From the IMG/VR virus record IMGVR_UViG_3300000114_000007, positions 13-64,012 of that record: 64,000 bases of DNA; one strand, 5' to 3'. The notes under the pieces are model-generated. The model did not search any database. It was not told where the DNA came from and worked only from the letters and a program-made list of their open reading frames with translations. Positions 40,005-50,300 of the stretch are shown here, in pieces. Numbering within the stretch: position 1 is the first letter of the stretch; every line of letters starts with the position of its first letter. This DNA comes from a virus. Position numbers and translations under genes: made by a program.

Positions 40005-40203
40005 CCGCCTCGCCTTCGTCAGCAAGGGACAAATCACTATCTTGTTTGATAGTTAAAGAAATTCCCTCAATTCCATTCCAACTCTTTAACACATCTAAAA
40101 TATTATACTCATTCGTATAATCCTTACCAACCTCTACAATCGTCATATCGTCTGTATTAATTTCTGCATTTTTAAAACTCATAGACTTCGAAAGTTTTGC
40201 CAA
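39991..40203 (-). CDS. YonK-like protein
   Basis: MAK.SKS.SFKNA.I...TI.E..KD...Y.....L..W.G..GISLTIK; upstream of YonJ-like gene as in SPbeta. Confidence 0.7.
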   Translation of the reverse strand: MAKLSKSMSFKNAEINTDDMTIVEVGKDYTNEYNILDVLKSWNGIEGISLTIKQDSDLSLADEGEADETD

Positions 40204-40227
40204 GATAACACTTCTTTCCGTTTATTT

Positions 40228-41073
40228 TTAATCAAGTAAATCTGCCATTGCGGCAGTTTCCGACCGCTCATTTTTTAACAATTTAACGTATCCAAACCTT
40301 GGGTGTCCCTTTAACTTATCAATGGCTTTAAGTAGACCATTATTTCGTTCGAATACTTTTGCGTCTATCTGTCTATAATCTCCATTGAGCCATAAAGAGG
40401 AACCATTTCCAACACGCCCAATTAATAACTGAATGTGCTCTTTGGTCATATTTTCCGCCTCAGAGCAAATTATTATTGTATTCTGAAAACTTCTTCCTCT
40501 TATGGCTCCCAAGTTTTCAATTTCAACTCTTCCTTGACTCATTTGAAACGAAAGACCGTCAATCCCACCCATATGGTCTGCAAGAATCAAAGCATAGGGA
40601 AGCATTTTTGTCTTCGCATCGCCGGGAAGAAAGCCAATTTCTTTTGTGTTTTTCACCGGTATCATATTTCTTACCCATACAAGCTTCTCAAACTTACCGC
40701 TGTTAATTAAATCTAAAGCTGTTGATATCATTAGGAAATCTTTACCCGTCCCGAACTTCCCAGTTAATGCCTTTATTGTTATATCTTTGTTATAAAGCAT
40801 GTCTATAGCCAATGTCTGTTGAGGGTTTCTAGGTTTGATGACCCCCATAATCTCATTTTTTATATCCTTAAAAACAACAGGAGTATATTTATCGCCCCTC
40901 CAACGAAGCTTATCAACAATTTCTCCGGTTTCGTTTTTAATGACCAAATATTCATTTATCAAAGAATCAAAGACGTTTTCGTTTAATCTTTGATAAAAAT
41001 CCGCCATTTCATTATCGGCAAGAACAACTTCTTTAAACCCAAGATATTCATTTTTGTTGCCGATATCGCTCAT
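40228..41073 (-). CDS. phoH: PhoH family ATPase
   Basis: GKFGTGKD, IGFLPG, IRGRSF, EAEN, GRVG, GDYRQID, RSETA. Confidence 0.9.
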   Translation of the reverse strand: MSDIGNKNEYLGFKEVVLADNEMADFYQRLNENVFDSLINEYLVIKNETGEIVDKLRWRGDKYTPVVFKDIKNEIMGVIKPRNPQQTLAIDMLYNKDITIKALTGKFGTGKDFLMISTALDLINSGKFEKLVWVRNMIPVKNTKEIGFLPGDAKTKMLPYALILADHMGGIDGLSFQMSQGRVEIENLGAIRGRSFQNTIIICSEAENMTKEHIQLLIGRVGNGSSLWLNGDYRQIDAKVFERNNGLLKAIDKLKGHPRFGYVKLLKNERSETAAMADLLD

Positions 41074-41705
41074 AAAACATCCTCAAGATCGGTTACAACA
41101 TAATCTGCTATACCATACTTTAAAATATCTTCACTAAATAAATACCAATCCTTGCGATAATTTTCCTTAAATAGCTCTTTAGAAATTTTGGTGTGTGAGA
41201 GAATATATTCCTGCACCTTGCTTTCAATTTCTTTCGTATACTCTAAATTATCAAGTAATTTGCTCGTGTTTCCGAAAGCCCCGGAAGACCCATCATGGAT
41301 GAGACAGCATGTATTGGGGAAAATATATCTTTTATGTCCAGCCATTAACAACAACCCGCCACTTGAATATGCCTTACCTAATCCAATTGTATACACGGGC
41401 GTTTTTGAAAGTTTAATGATGTCTATGATATGCATAACCGTGTTTACACAGCCGCCATCAGAATTGATGTAAATTTTAATTGGAACTCTGTTTTCAACTG
41501 GAATTTTTTTGTCCTCTGAATTCCATTTAAGTATATACATAGAGACATCTATTGTGTTTTCATCAATAAAGGTATTCCATAAAATTTCGCGTCGCTCTAA
41601 CCTACGATAAAATTCAAGCAGATCTGGTTCCGGAAGAACCGTATCCATAATAGCCGCCACATCTCCAAAAGTTTCATCAAGTAATCCTTTTGTTTGACTG
41701 TTCAT
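41070..41705 (-). CDS. clpP: ClpP-family protease subunit
   Basis: PIKIYINSDGG, GKAYSSGGLLLMAG, IHDGS, DWYL...YGIADYV. Confidence 0.85.
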   Translation of the reverse strand: MNSQTKGLLDETFGDVAAIMDTVLPEPDLLEFYRRLERREILWNTFIDENTIDVSMYILKWNSEDKKIPVENRVPIKIYINSDGGCVNTVMHIIDIIKLSKTPVYTIGLGKAYSSGGLLLMAGHKRYIFPNTCCLIHDGSSGAFGNTSKLLDNLEYTKEIESKVQEYILSHTKISKELFKENYRKDWYLFSEDILKYGIADYVVTDLEDVL

Positions 41706-41724
41706 TTATACCTCACTTAAAATG

Positions 41725-41937
41725 TTAAAAATTATTTTTGAATTTCCTACCAACACAAATATTTGCTGCCTGTTCATTGATATCGGCGATAAGACGCAAG
41801 TATTTTTTATCTTCTGGTAAGTAATACCGGTGTCGCTTGCTCTTTTGCATACAAGTTCGGGTTATGGTAACATTCGGAAACACTCTTCTAACAATTTCAG
41901 ATTCTTGTTTATTGATAAGAATCAGGGCCAAAACCAC
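41725..41937 (-). CDS. Small basic hypothetical protein
   Basis: ILINKQES...RTCMQKSKRHRYY; likely CTG start at 41928 after AAAGGTGG. Confidence 0.6.
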   Translation of the reverse strand: MVLALILINKQESEIVRRVFPNVTITRTCMQKSKRHRYYLPEDKKYLRLIADINEQAANICVGRKFKNNF

Positions 41938-42012
41938 CTTTTACAATCATTTATTTGTGGGAAAGATATTTTTCTCTCCCCTATTGTGGTTTTTTGAAAA
42001 CACGGTAGAAAT

Positions 42013-42090
42013 GCAGTGATATCAATGGTTTTTAACGCATATTTATTAATATGCCGCTTTATAGAATCACTAAGAAACCATTGATACTGC
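42013..42090. promoter_or_regulatory. Inverted repeat between RNAP gene and late operon
   Basis: TATCAATGGTTT (42020-42031) / AAACCATTGATA (42075-42086), flanked by GCAG/CTGC. Confidence 0.5.
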
Positions 42091-42132
42091 TATGTTTTAT
42101 AAAATTTATTAAAAATTATAAAGTTCCACAAA

Positions 42133-44799
42133 TCAAGCATTTCTTCTATACATTCGTTGTTTTTCTGTCTTTATCACACGCATATGTTTTTTTTGGCAAC
42201 CGTTACATCTATACTTATTCTTAACGCTTTCAATAACCTCGAACTCTTTTCCGCAATCAACACAAATGATGGTCTTTTTACCTATGGTGCTGCGATCTTT
42301 GCAATTTTCACACAAAATCTCATTGTGGTGATCTCTATAAAACCTTTTTCCGCACTTAGAACAATAAATATAATCATTAATCATATTAGCAATTATATTC
42401 TCAAAAACAATATCCCCGAAACAATTCCAAAACACCGTTTTGCGTTTCGATTTTTTAACATTAAATAAATTATCAATCAAAATGTCAACCAATAAATATT
42501 TATCGGGACAAATTATATTTAGTTCACTATTTATCTTTCTAAACAAATAATTATAATTATTGGCTCCATCCCCCTCATCTGGGTGAACGAACATATTTAC
42601 ATTCTTTGAAAGCTCCGTGTATTTTTTAACGACATCTTCATACAACGAATCTCTTTCAATACAACTATTCCGCATCAGTATCTTGTAATTGAATTTGCCA
42701 AGCACAGATGGGTTAAACCTCAAGTTGTGTCGCGGTATGTATTTTTTAATTCTATTTACAGTGCTGTTATTTGAGGGCCCTACGCTGCTATTTGGTTTGT
42801 CTTTTGCATAGATGAAGAAGTGTGGAAGTTTATTCTTTGTGAATGTCCGTATATTTTTCATTATATCCGCAGGAATCGTTGGTTTATATAATGTTTTAGC
42901 TACGTCGATTGTGAAATTGTTCTGGGCAGCCAACACTTTTACAGCATCCATGTCAATATTTTCACTATTCCATATCTTTGAAATATCATTACTGATTATC
43001 CCAATATTTCCCTCAGTGTAAGCAAGAATCATTCCTTCATATAAGATTTTACTATCTAGTATTTGCGGATCAGCTTTCGCCATCTCATAGTACAGAGGAA
43101 CGGTGTCTTTCATATTGCGTTCAGCTATTTCTACAAATTTCTTGTCACCAACGACAAGAGCCTTATCTCCGTCCACATCGAACTGAAGCAACTTACTTAT
43201 AAGATCATGACAACTTGTATATACGCCATTTGTTATAAACCATTTAAGGCGCTCACCACCAGATTTCGCAATATTGTTTCTAACCCCATGACTTCTTTCT
43301 AAATGTGGACTCCGCAAACAATTAACTTTTTCAGAACCCTTAAACAGTTTACAATAAACCTCGCCGTCTTTCAGAAGACCCTTGGGGTCCTCAACACCTA
43401 AAAACAGACGTTCACAAAAGGCAAACAAATCTGGGATTAAGAAAGTATATTTTCCGTAAATGTCTAATTTCCCAGCCCAAGCTTCTTTTTCAAGCTTCTT
43501 TTTTATAGCTCTCAAAGTTTCCTTTGTATATATTTCCTGTAATAACTCAGGATAAACTTCTAGGCACTTCTGAAAGCTGTTCTTATTGGTATTATATTTT
43601 GTAACCCCGAATACCTTTAACATTGTTGGAATATCAGAAGCCAACCGGCGAATCTTATTCCTAGTGGATCTACATATGTATTGCAATTCTTCTTCCGTCA
43701 CATCTGTTAATGTCTGCAACATTTGATAGTTTAGTTTAGTATCTTTAAAGGCATCTTCTTCATTGCAGATTCCCGCAGTACAATTATATTTCTTGAAGTT
43801 TTCTTGATACTTCTGCCAGTTGTTATAATATCTGCACATCTTGAATTGCGAGCGAGTAAATATAATTTCTATTTCATCATCAAAGATATTATATTTCTTC
43901 CCGTATATGTCAATAATATCTCCACTACATCCATGTTCTTTGCAGAACTCATCGAATGCGAAAGGGGAGAGTAGGCCCTTAATCCAAGGAGCCCTAAACA
44001 TTGCATTCTTTTGATTAATTTTTGGAAGTATTAAACCACATCCATCTGTATGATTTATGGGGACATCCATAAACTGTCTGGTTATGTCAAATGTTTTATG
44101 ATCAATAAAGTCAACTTCTCCATTAACAAGAGTTTCAAAATCTTCAACTACAATTGCCTTGTCAATATTAATGTCTATCTCATCTGTGGCACTCGCCGCG
44201 AGAGCTTTGTAAGCCAAAAATTTATTCCTATTGACTCCACCAAGTTTATTAATTTTCTCGATATTCAGTCCACAAGTGAGAGTATTCTCACACTTATTCA
44301 AAGACTCCTCTTTAACGGCAACGAACTTCTTTAACCTGATCTGTCCGGCACTGGCCGAGAAGAAGATATATCTTTCTCCATTCATCAAGAACCCATTTTT
44401 AATTATACTTTCGGCAACAGAAAAATAATAAACCTTGACTATTACCAGTTCTAAATTCAGTGTATCGGGCGACATGTGTAGACTTCTCGTTAAACTGGAG
44501 TCAAAAACCGATACTACATTTTTATCTATAAGTTTCTCTGGCAAGACTTCTCTTACAAGATTAACATTATTAGCCAACTCATTTTTCAACTGTTCTTTTC
44601 TGGTCTTAATTATGTAATTTAGGCACTTCTTATGCTTACCATATAGATCTTTGTTGTATTCATTACTTTCGTGTCTCTTGTTAATTGTGTTTAAATGAGC
44701 TCGTGCTTTATTTAATTTATTATCCAACAGATTCTCAGCTGCCGTATAAAAACAGCCGGTGTCAAGCGTATAAACATCATGGAGTTTGTTTAATGCCAA
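42133..44799 (-). CDS. yonO: YonO-like single-subunit (two-barrel, cellular RdRP-related) RNA polymerase
   Basis: SASAGQIR, TDGCG, RAPWIKG, LRSPH and catalytic QFDVDGD; C-terminal CxxC ribbons; TTG 44799 after GGAGG. Confidence 0.9.
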   Translation of the reverse strand: MALNKLHDVYTLDTGCFYTAAENLLDNKLNKARAHLNTINKRHESNEYNKDLYGKHKKCLNYIIKTRKEQLKNELANNVNLVREVLPEKLIDKNVVSVFDSSLTRSLHMSPDTLNLELVIVKVYYFSVAESIIKNGFLMNGERYIFFSASAGQIRLKKFVAVKEESLNKCENTLTCGLNIEKINKLGGVNRNKFLAYKALAASATDEIDINIDKAIVVEDFETLVNGEVDFIDHKTFDITRQFMDVPINHTDGCGLILPKINQKNAMFRAPWIKGLLSPFAFDEFCKEHGCSGDIIDIYGKKYNIFDDEIEIIFTRSQFKMCRYYNNWQKYQENFKKYNCTAGICNEEDAFKDTKLNYQMLQTLTDVTEEELQYICRSTRNKIRRLASDIPTMLKVFGVTKYNTNKNSFQKCLEVYPELLQEIYTKETLRAIKKKLEKEAWAGKLDIYGKYTFLIPDLFAFCERLFLGVEDPKGLLKDGEVYCKLFKGSEKVNCLRSPHLERSHGVRNNIAKSGGERLKWFITNGVYTSCHDLISKLLQFDVDGDKALVVGDKKFVEIAERNMKDTVPLYYEMAKADPQILDSKILYEGMILAYTEGNIGIISNDISKIWNSENIDMDAVKVLAAQNNFTIDVAKTLYKPTIPADIMKNIRTFTKNKLPHFFIYAKDKPNSSVGPSNNSTVNRIKKYIPRHNLRFNPSVLGKFNYKILMRNSCIERDSLYEDVVKKYTELSKNVNMFVHPDEGDGANNYNYLFRKINSELNIICPDKYLLVDILIDNLFNVKKSKRKTVFWNCFGDIVFENIIANMINDYIYCSKCGKRFYRDHHNEILCENCKDRSTIGKKTIICVDCGKEFEVIESVKNKYRCNGCQKKHMRVIKTEKQRMYRRNA

Positions 44800-44835
44800 G
44801 TATGTTCCTCCAATCATTCAATTGTTTAAATTGGA

Positions 44836-45075
44836 TCAATTTTTTAAACCTCCGTCACCGTATTCATTGTTATATATGCCCCATTCTGCACGAAAATTAT
44901 ATCTTTCAGATTCTATTAGTTTCTCAATATATGTCTTGTCTCTATAGAGTTTATTGGTGAGGTCATATTCTGCTCTGTGCGGTCTGTTTTTAGGCGAGAA
45001 ATCGGAACACGGTTTGCCATCCATATACTTACAAACGTGCAAACATTCATTACATTTATTAATATTATATTTCAT
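44836..45075 (-). CDS. Small Cys-containing hypothetical protein
   Basis: 79-aa ORF abutting neighbours; CNECLHVC. Confidence 0.6.
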   Translation of the reverse strand: MKYNINKCNECLHVCKYMDGKPCSDFSPKNRPHRAEYDLTNKLYRDKTYIEKLIESERYNFRAEWGIYNNEYGDGGLKN

Positions 45076-45363
45076 CTAAATATTTGTACCAGCTTTCTTA
45101 GCAAGGTTGGCTCTGGCTCTATCTGCCAATTCTCGACGATTTTCTTCCGATAATTGTCGTGGAATTCGAACACCAACCAGCTTCTTAGGTATCTGGTATA
45201 CCCCCAACTCTTCAGTTTGAGTTTCTACAGTAACTGTTGGGAGAATTTGAGCTAGTTTTTTAAGCTTGCGGATGAGAGGGCGATTATATGTATATACATT
45301 GGCAAAATCATCGGCCTCATTAAATGTTATTACGGTTTCTCTTTCATATCTGGTAAGATTCAA
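45076..45363 (-). CDS. Conserved small mobile-element protein
   Basis: LTRYERETVITFNE...VYTYN...PRQLSEE pattern. Confidence 0.7.
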   Translation of the reverse strand: MNLTRYERETVITFNEADDFANVYTYNRPLIRKLKKLAQILPTVTVETQTEELGVYQIPKKLVGVRIPRQLSEENRRELADRARANLAKKAGTNI

Positions 45364-45572
45364 TTTGTGTTCTCCTTTGTTTTTAATAGTTTCTTCAATC
45401 GTTTAACTTCTTTGATTAATTCTGGAATATGGTTTAAAGACATATCTAATATTTGATACTCATCCGAAGGAGCACATGGAAAGTCATCATCTTTCTCACC
45501 AAAATTATCTTCCATCACATCTATCGCTTGTTTATACCATTTCCGGATTTCTTTAATTTTATCTTTAGTCAT
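45360..45572 (-). CDS. Hypothetical protein
   Basis: 70-aa ORF with AGGAG RBS. Confidence 0.6.
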   Translation of the reverse strand: MTKDKIKEIRKWYKQAIDVMEDNFGEKDDDFPCAPSDEYQILDMSLNHIPELIKEVKRLKKLLKTKENTN

Positions 45573-45590
45573 TTATGCGCTCCTTAATTT

Positions 45591-47405
45591 TTATAAAAAT
45601 TCAATCATTCTGCCAGATATGTTAATTATTTTATCTTCTATAAGTTGTTGTATAGATGGACTATTCCAAAGTTCAGCTCTTCTAGAATGACCAAGTTTCG
45701 CAAGTTTTTCATCCATATCAAGCAACTTACCTTTTGATATTTTTTCTTTTGTGTTCTTACTTTTATGTATTAACCTTAACAATATATCTGTACTGTCTTC
45801 TGGCTTTTTATCTCGAATGCTCTGAGGTAACGTTTGATAAAAGTCCTCGTCATCTATTATGTTTACATTGGGCATACCTTGTTTAACAAGATCAATCACA
45901 TCGTTGTCTTTATTTAATATAAGGGAAAAAGTTTCAAGCGTGTCGCCATTGTCCCAGTTCCTACATCTCAATCTATTAATGGCCTGAATGAGTTCAACTG
46001 CTAAAATAGCGGCTTTGGTATCATTATAGTCTTTATCAACCATTTTCCGAACACCTTTGATTGTAACCACTTTATGAGTTCGGTTATAATTTTTATCTTT
46101 GTTATAAATATGAAATGCTAATTTATATGCATTGTCATACATAAACGGTGTACCTATGTAAAAGCCATATTTAAAATTTCTATATTCGTTTGTTCCAGTT
46201 ATATTTCCGAAATGATTCACTTTTATGTTGTCGGGCACCTCGATGTTTTTAAAATATTCCTCAAATTCTTTATGAGTTATAATCAAACATAGTTCGCCAT
46301 TTGGTGTTTTATCAACAGCGTAATTCAAAGCCGTTTTTAAAATTTCTTTGTTCGAAGAAATCTCGCTCCTTGATCCGTTAAGCTGTCTGCAAATATATAT
46401 AGACGTATTGGAGTATGTTTTTATTTGTGGTATATCCACGACGTTAAAATATTCATTTTTATATACCGCGTTTATTCTTCCCGTTCCATCAAGGATAATT
46501 GCATTAAACAACGGATCAAAGATATCTACATATCTAGCTACTGTTATATGTTTATGGCTCTCATCATCGCCGTAACTAACAAAACCGCCCTCTTCGCAAA
46601 ATATTTTTAATGCAGAATATGTTTCCTTGATTGTATCTGTTCGGCAGGTTAACATTACGTCCTCAAACTTTTCAGAAAACTTAAAATCACATCTATACCA
46701 ATATTGAGTCTCAAGATCTGCTCTTTTTAAAAAGCATGTGTTTTTTATATTTCCACAAATTTTCAATATTTCTTCCATTAAATTTCTGTTTCCAAGTTTT
46801 TGAATATAGGCTTCAATATCATTTATTTTTTTATTAGTTATTTGATATGTATCCATAAGACTCGGCTGCTCATCGACAATAAGTCTAGTTCTAGTAAGAT
46901 ATTTATTTGCATTATCCATGCTAATAGTAATTTTATCATCAGTCCAATAAATAAAATCACCAAGTTTTTTAAGCCTACGTTTAAACCCTTCATGTGTCAT
47001 CACCAGAATGGGATATCTAAATAATTTGCTTCTTACCTCACTCTCTTTTAAATATCTTTTTTTATTGTCTGGATCTTGATATATTCTATTATGATAAGCT
47101 ATAGCCACATCTTTCCCGACAATAGAATTAATATCTCTGACTGTATCATCACAATCAACTATTCGTTCTTTAAGTATTATTGTGCCAGAATTAAGAAAAT
47201 TATTTTGTGATAACCATGCAAGAGTTAGATTTGTTATACTACTTTTTCCCCCGCCTGTTTCTAATGGGACCACGGTTACTTGTCCTTCCTGTTTATGTTT
47301 TACAGGATCAATAATTATGTCTACTACGGTTTGTATAACTTTTTTATATTTTTCTGTAATTGTGTCCGAAATTCCCAATTTGCTATAAATATCTCTATAA
47401 AGCAT
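45591..47405 (-). CDS. SF2-type helicase/origin-binding-like protein
   Basis: Walker A ETGGGKS, Walker B LIVDE, motif III LDGTG, motif VI QAINRLR. Confidence 0.75.
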   Translation of the reverse strand: MLYRDIYSKLGISDTITEKYKKVIQTVVDIIIDPVKHKQEGQVTVVPLETGGGKSSITNLTLAWLSQNNFLNSGTIILKERIVDCDDTVRDINSIVGKDVAIAYHNRIYQDPDNKKRYLKESEVRSKLFRYPILVMTHEGFKRRLKKLGDFIYWTDDKITISMDNANKYLTRTRLIVDEQPSLMDTYQITNKKINDIEAYIQKLGNRNLMEEILKICGNIKNTCFLKRADLETQYWYRCDFKFSEKFEDVMLTCRTDTIKETYSALKIFCEEGGFVSYGDDESHKHITVARYVDIFDPLFNAIILDGTGRINAVYKNEYFNVVDIPQIKTYSNTSIYICRQLNGSRSEISSNKEILKTALNYAVDKTPNGELCLIITHKEFEEYFKNIEVPDNIKVNHFGNITGTNEYRNFKYGFYIGTPFMYDNAYKLAFHIYNKDKNYNRTHKVVTIKGVRKMVDKDYNDTKAAILAVELIQAINRLRCRNWDNGDTLETFSLILNKDNDVIDLVKQGMPNVNIIDDEDFYQTLPQSIRDKKPEDSTDILLRLIHKSKNTKEKISKGKLLDMDEKLAKLGHSRRAELWNSPSIQQLIEDKIINISGRMIEFL

Positions 47406-47952
47406 TGATATACTTATATTTTTACCCCCTTATTTTATCCAAACTCTTGCTACTCAAGATATAATTCATTATTCACGAACCTCCACTCGCCTATTATATA
47501 TATAAGGCGACCGGAGTTTCAGAAATATAATTACACTTTTAAATCCACATAATAATCACCTCTTAAATCAAATATAAACACACATATATAAAACAAATAT
47601 AGAATAAATAACAATAAGTTGAGTGGGCGGTGGCGTAGACACCGAACGCTCACGAGTCGCCTCAGCGACGAGAACCCCCGTAACCCCTGCTGAGTATCAG
47701 ACGAATTAGAATATTACCTGTTGTATTTTTACAATAACAAAATCCATCTAACAAAAATTAAATATTTACTTATTCTTTATGCTTGCTTATTAGACAGATA
47801 TGCACCGCGCCAGCGGGGCATTCTATCTGCTCTTATATGGAAACTTAAAAATAATAAATGTTCTATATTTTTGGTTCCCTCTCTTGGAGCCAACTATTAA
47901 CACTGCATAGCATATAAAACAATTTTAATATGCTAAGTTATATAAACAACAA

Positions 47953-48768
47953 TCAATCATTTAAATCAGGATGAATAGTATTCCACACATCCATATTAAT
48001 AATGGCCTTATGGTTCCCATCCATCTTTTTTCCATCATGAGTAATTTTCCCGATATAATAATCATTGTGCAGGGCCACTTGAACTGTCTGCATAGACCAT
48101 TTTCTTTTTTGATTATTGCCAGTATAAGCCACCCCGTCTGTTGTATATCTTCTTTTGTTTAAAGTATCAGCAATGAGTTGATATATTTTACCGGAAGCCC
48201 TCATATTAAACATATCTTTAATTATTCTAGCCTGATGATGATTAATTACTGTAGATTTTTTATCTGCTGAGTATTCATAACCAAATGGTTGACGCCCTGC
48301 CGGTTTATTTCCATTCTCAGCTTTTTTACGCTTACCATCAGAAAGTCGCTTATTAATCATTTTGCGGTCCAGCTCGGCAAATATGCCCATCATCTTTCTC
48401 ATAGCATCAACAAACATGTCATCACCGTTGAGACTATCTTGTACGGCATATAACACTCTAACATTGTTAATTAGTAGTTGTTTTTCTATATAGAGCATGT
48501 GAAAATAATCTCTTGATAATCTGTCAGGTTTATCAATAACCACATATTCAACGGGAGGGTTGTTACAGAAAGCAAGCAGATTCCTTATACCCGGACGTTC
48601 ATCCACTTCTTTAGCTCCGCTAACACCTTCATCAGAAAACATGTTGACTATCTCATAATTATTTTTAGCACAAAAGGCTTCTATGCGTTGCTGCTGTATC
48701 TCCAGCCCTTCACCTTCAGTGACCTGAGATGCGGTTGATACACGCTTGTATCCGACTACTTTTATCAT
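47953..48768 (-). CDS. Serine recombinase (catalytic + recombinase domain)
   Basis: YKRVST..Q, DEGVSG, RPG, DRLSR, PFGY, YIG motifs; 271 aa, no Zn-ribbon/coiled coil. Confidence 0.9.
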   Translation of the reverse strand: MIKVVGYKRVSTASQVTEGEGLEIQQQRIEAFCAKNNYEIVNMFSDEGVSGAKEVDERPGIRNLLAFCNNPPVEYVVIDKPDRLSRDYFHMLYIEKQLLINNVRVLYAVQDSLNGDDMFVDAMRKMMGIFAELDRKMINKRLSDGKRKKAENGNKPAGRQPFGYEYSADKKSTVINHHQARIIKDMFNMRASGKIYQLIADTLNKRRYTTDGVAYTGNNQKRKWSMQTVQVALHNDYYIGKITHDGKKMDGNHKAIINMDVWNTIHPDLND

Positions 48769-48805
48769 TAATTGATCTCCTTTATGTATGCTTTTTAGTG
48801 TCTAT

Positions 48806-48834
48806 AGTATAACATAGAATATTAAAATTGTCAA
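48806..48834 (-). promoter_or_regulatory. Sigma-A promoter of recombinase
   Basis: TTGACA-17-TATACT. Confidence 0.8.
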
Positions 48835-49864
48835 TAGGTGCAGAAGAAAAATATTATTTTGTCAGGTTGTGCATTTGTGTTTTAGGGAGCCAAATATTTG
48901 CGTTCGGTGGATAATGGTTATTAAATATGGGCTACTGAAATATCTACTTCCGGAGAAACCTTGGTGTGAGTCGATTAAGTTAATTTTAGTTTGTGTTGTA
49001 TATAGCTGTTAAATTTATTAAACTGATGGGTATTTATATGCGGAGAATAATATATTACTATAATTATCGTTTAAAGTGTTGTTTGTACGGTATTAATCAG
49101 GCGTTCTGAAACGATTGTGGATTATAAGGGTAGTTTGGCGGGCTCATAGTTAGTGTGAGAAAACACGACAATTGTTGAGGATTTTGAAGCTAGTTTTGAT
49201 GGCGTGATTTAGATGAGATATTATGAGGGAATTAGAGTGGACCGTGTATTATTTTGGTGAGTACTTAAGGTATGTTTATTACGATTTAGTAATTTATAGA
49301 GTAGGCATTACAGTGTTGATATTTGTGTATTTTGTGGTGTTTTGGTTTAATTGTTTGAGGGAGAGTTTAAGTGGTGGATTGGTGATAATCTAGCGTAGTG
49401 TGTTTGCGTAATTAGAAGTGGAAAGTGAGTGCGGTTGGAAGGTTTTTAGTGTTGGGATTTGGGTGAGTTTGTTATTTAGTTTGTGATTAAATTAGTGGTT
49501 AATTCACGAGGTGTTTTGACGATGAGTTTTTGGTGTTTTTCTGTTGATAATGAGCTTTAACCATAGGGGGAATTTTAGCGGGTTCGGATAATGTAAACCA
49601 TCCCCCGGCCTAGTGTCCCATGGCTTTAAAGGGTTTTTATAATATCATGTGTCATTTATGATATGTGATAATGTGATAGATTATATGATTCTTGCTTTCA
49701 TCTAGCACACTCGAATATTAATTATTGTTTTACGATAACTGTACTACTGCAATAGTCTAACAATCCACACCGCACACCAAAAAAAATTCCCACCCATAAC
49801 CCAACAACACCGCCATTTATCCACCCTCCACCAATCAACCACACAAAAAACCCTAAAAAATCTC

Positions 49865-49893
49865 TTGACAACCTCACAATAAACCTTTAAACT
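49865..49893 (+). promoter_or_regulatory. Sigma-A-like early promoter
   Basis: TTGACA-17-TAAACT with A-rich upstream tract. Confidence 0.65.
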
Positions 49894-49949
49894 TATAACC
49901 AGCAACCACCAACATTTTACACCGTATATTATTTTAAGGAGTTGTCACC

Positions 49950-50300
49950 ATGAAAAAAACTATCACCATCATTACTACCCTGTTAGTCTCTCTTGTCCTC
50001 TTGACCTCTTGCACACCCTCAACCACTGCCACGCAGCACGCACACCCCGCACCGCCTACACCAGCCCAACAAGCACAAGTAACCACGAGCACCACACCAG
50101 CGCCCACATACACCACGCAAGCCGGAACAATCAACCACATTGACAATGAATACATTCATGTAGTCTTTGAAGATGGTACGGGCTGGGCATGTGACTATGA
50201 GGCCGGGTTCACCGTGGGAGATACCGTTACACTAACTATCAGCGACAACAGCACGACACACGACTACTACGATGATGAGTGCATGAGTATCAGCAAGTAA
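49950..50300 (+). CDS. Lipoprotein
   Basis: MKK + hydrophobic core + LTSC lipobox; Thr/Pro linker; AAGGAG RBS. Confidence 0.75.
   Translation: MKKTITIITTLLVSLVLLTSCTPSTTATQHAHPAPPTPAQQAQVTTSTTPAPTYTTQAGTINHIDNEYIHVVFEDGTGWACDYEAGFTVGDTVTLTISDNSTTHDYYDDECMSISK

Noticed and set aside
42133..44799. RNA-virus or RNAi-type RdRP system
   Set aside because: Context matches SPbeta YonO, a DNA-dependent late RNA polymerase.
879..48162. Numerous plus-strand ORFs opposite the late genes, and alternative-frame overlaps
   Set aside because: Shadow ORFs without RBS or motifs, overlapping well-supported minus-strand genes.
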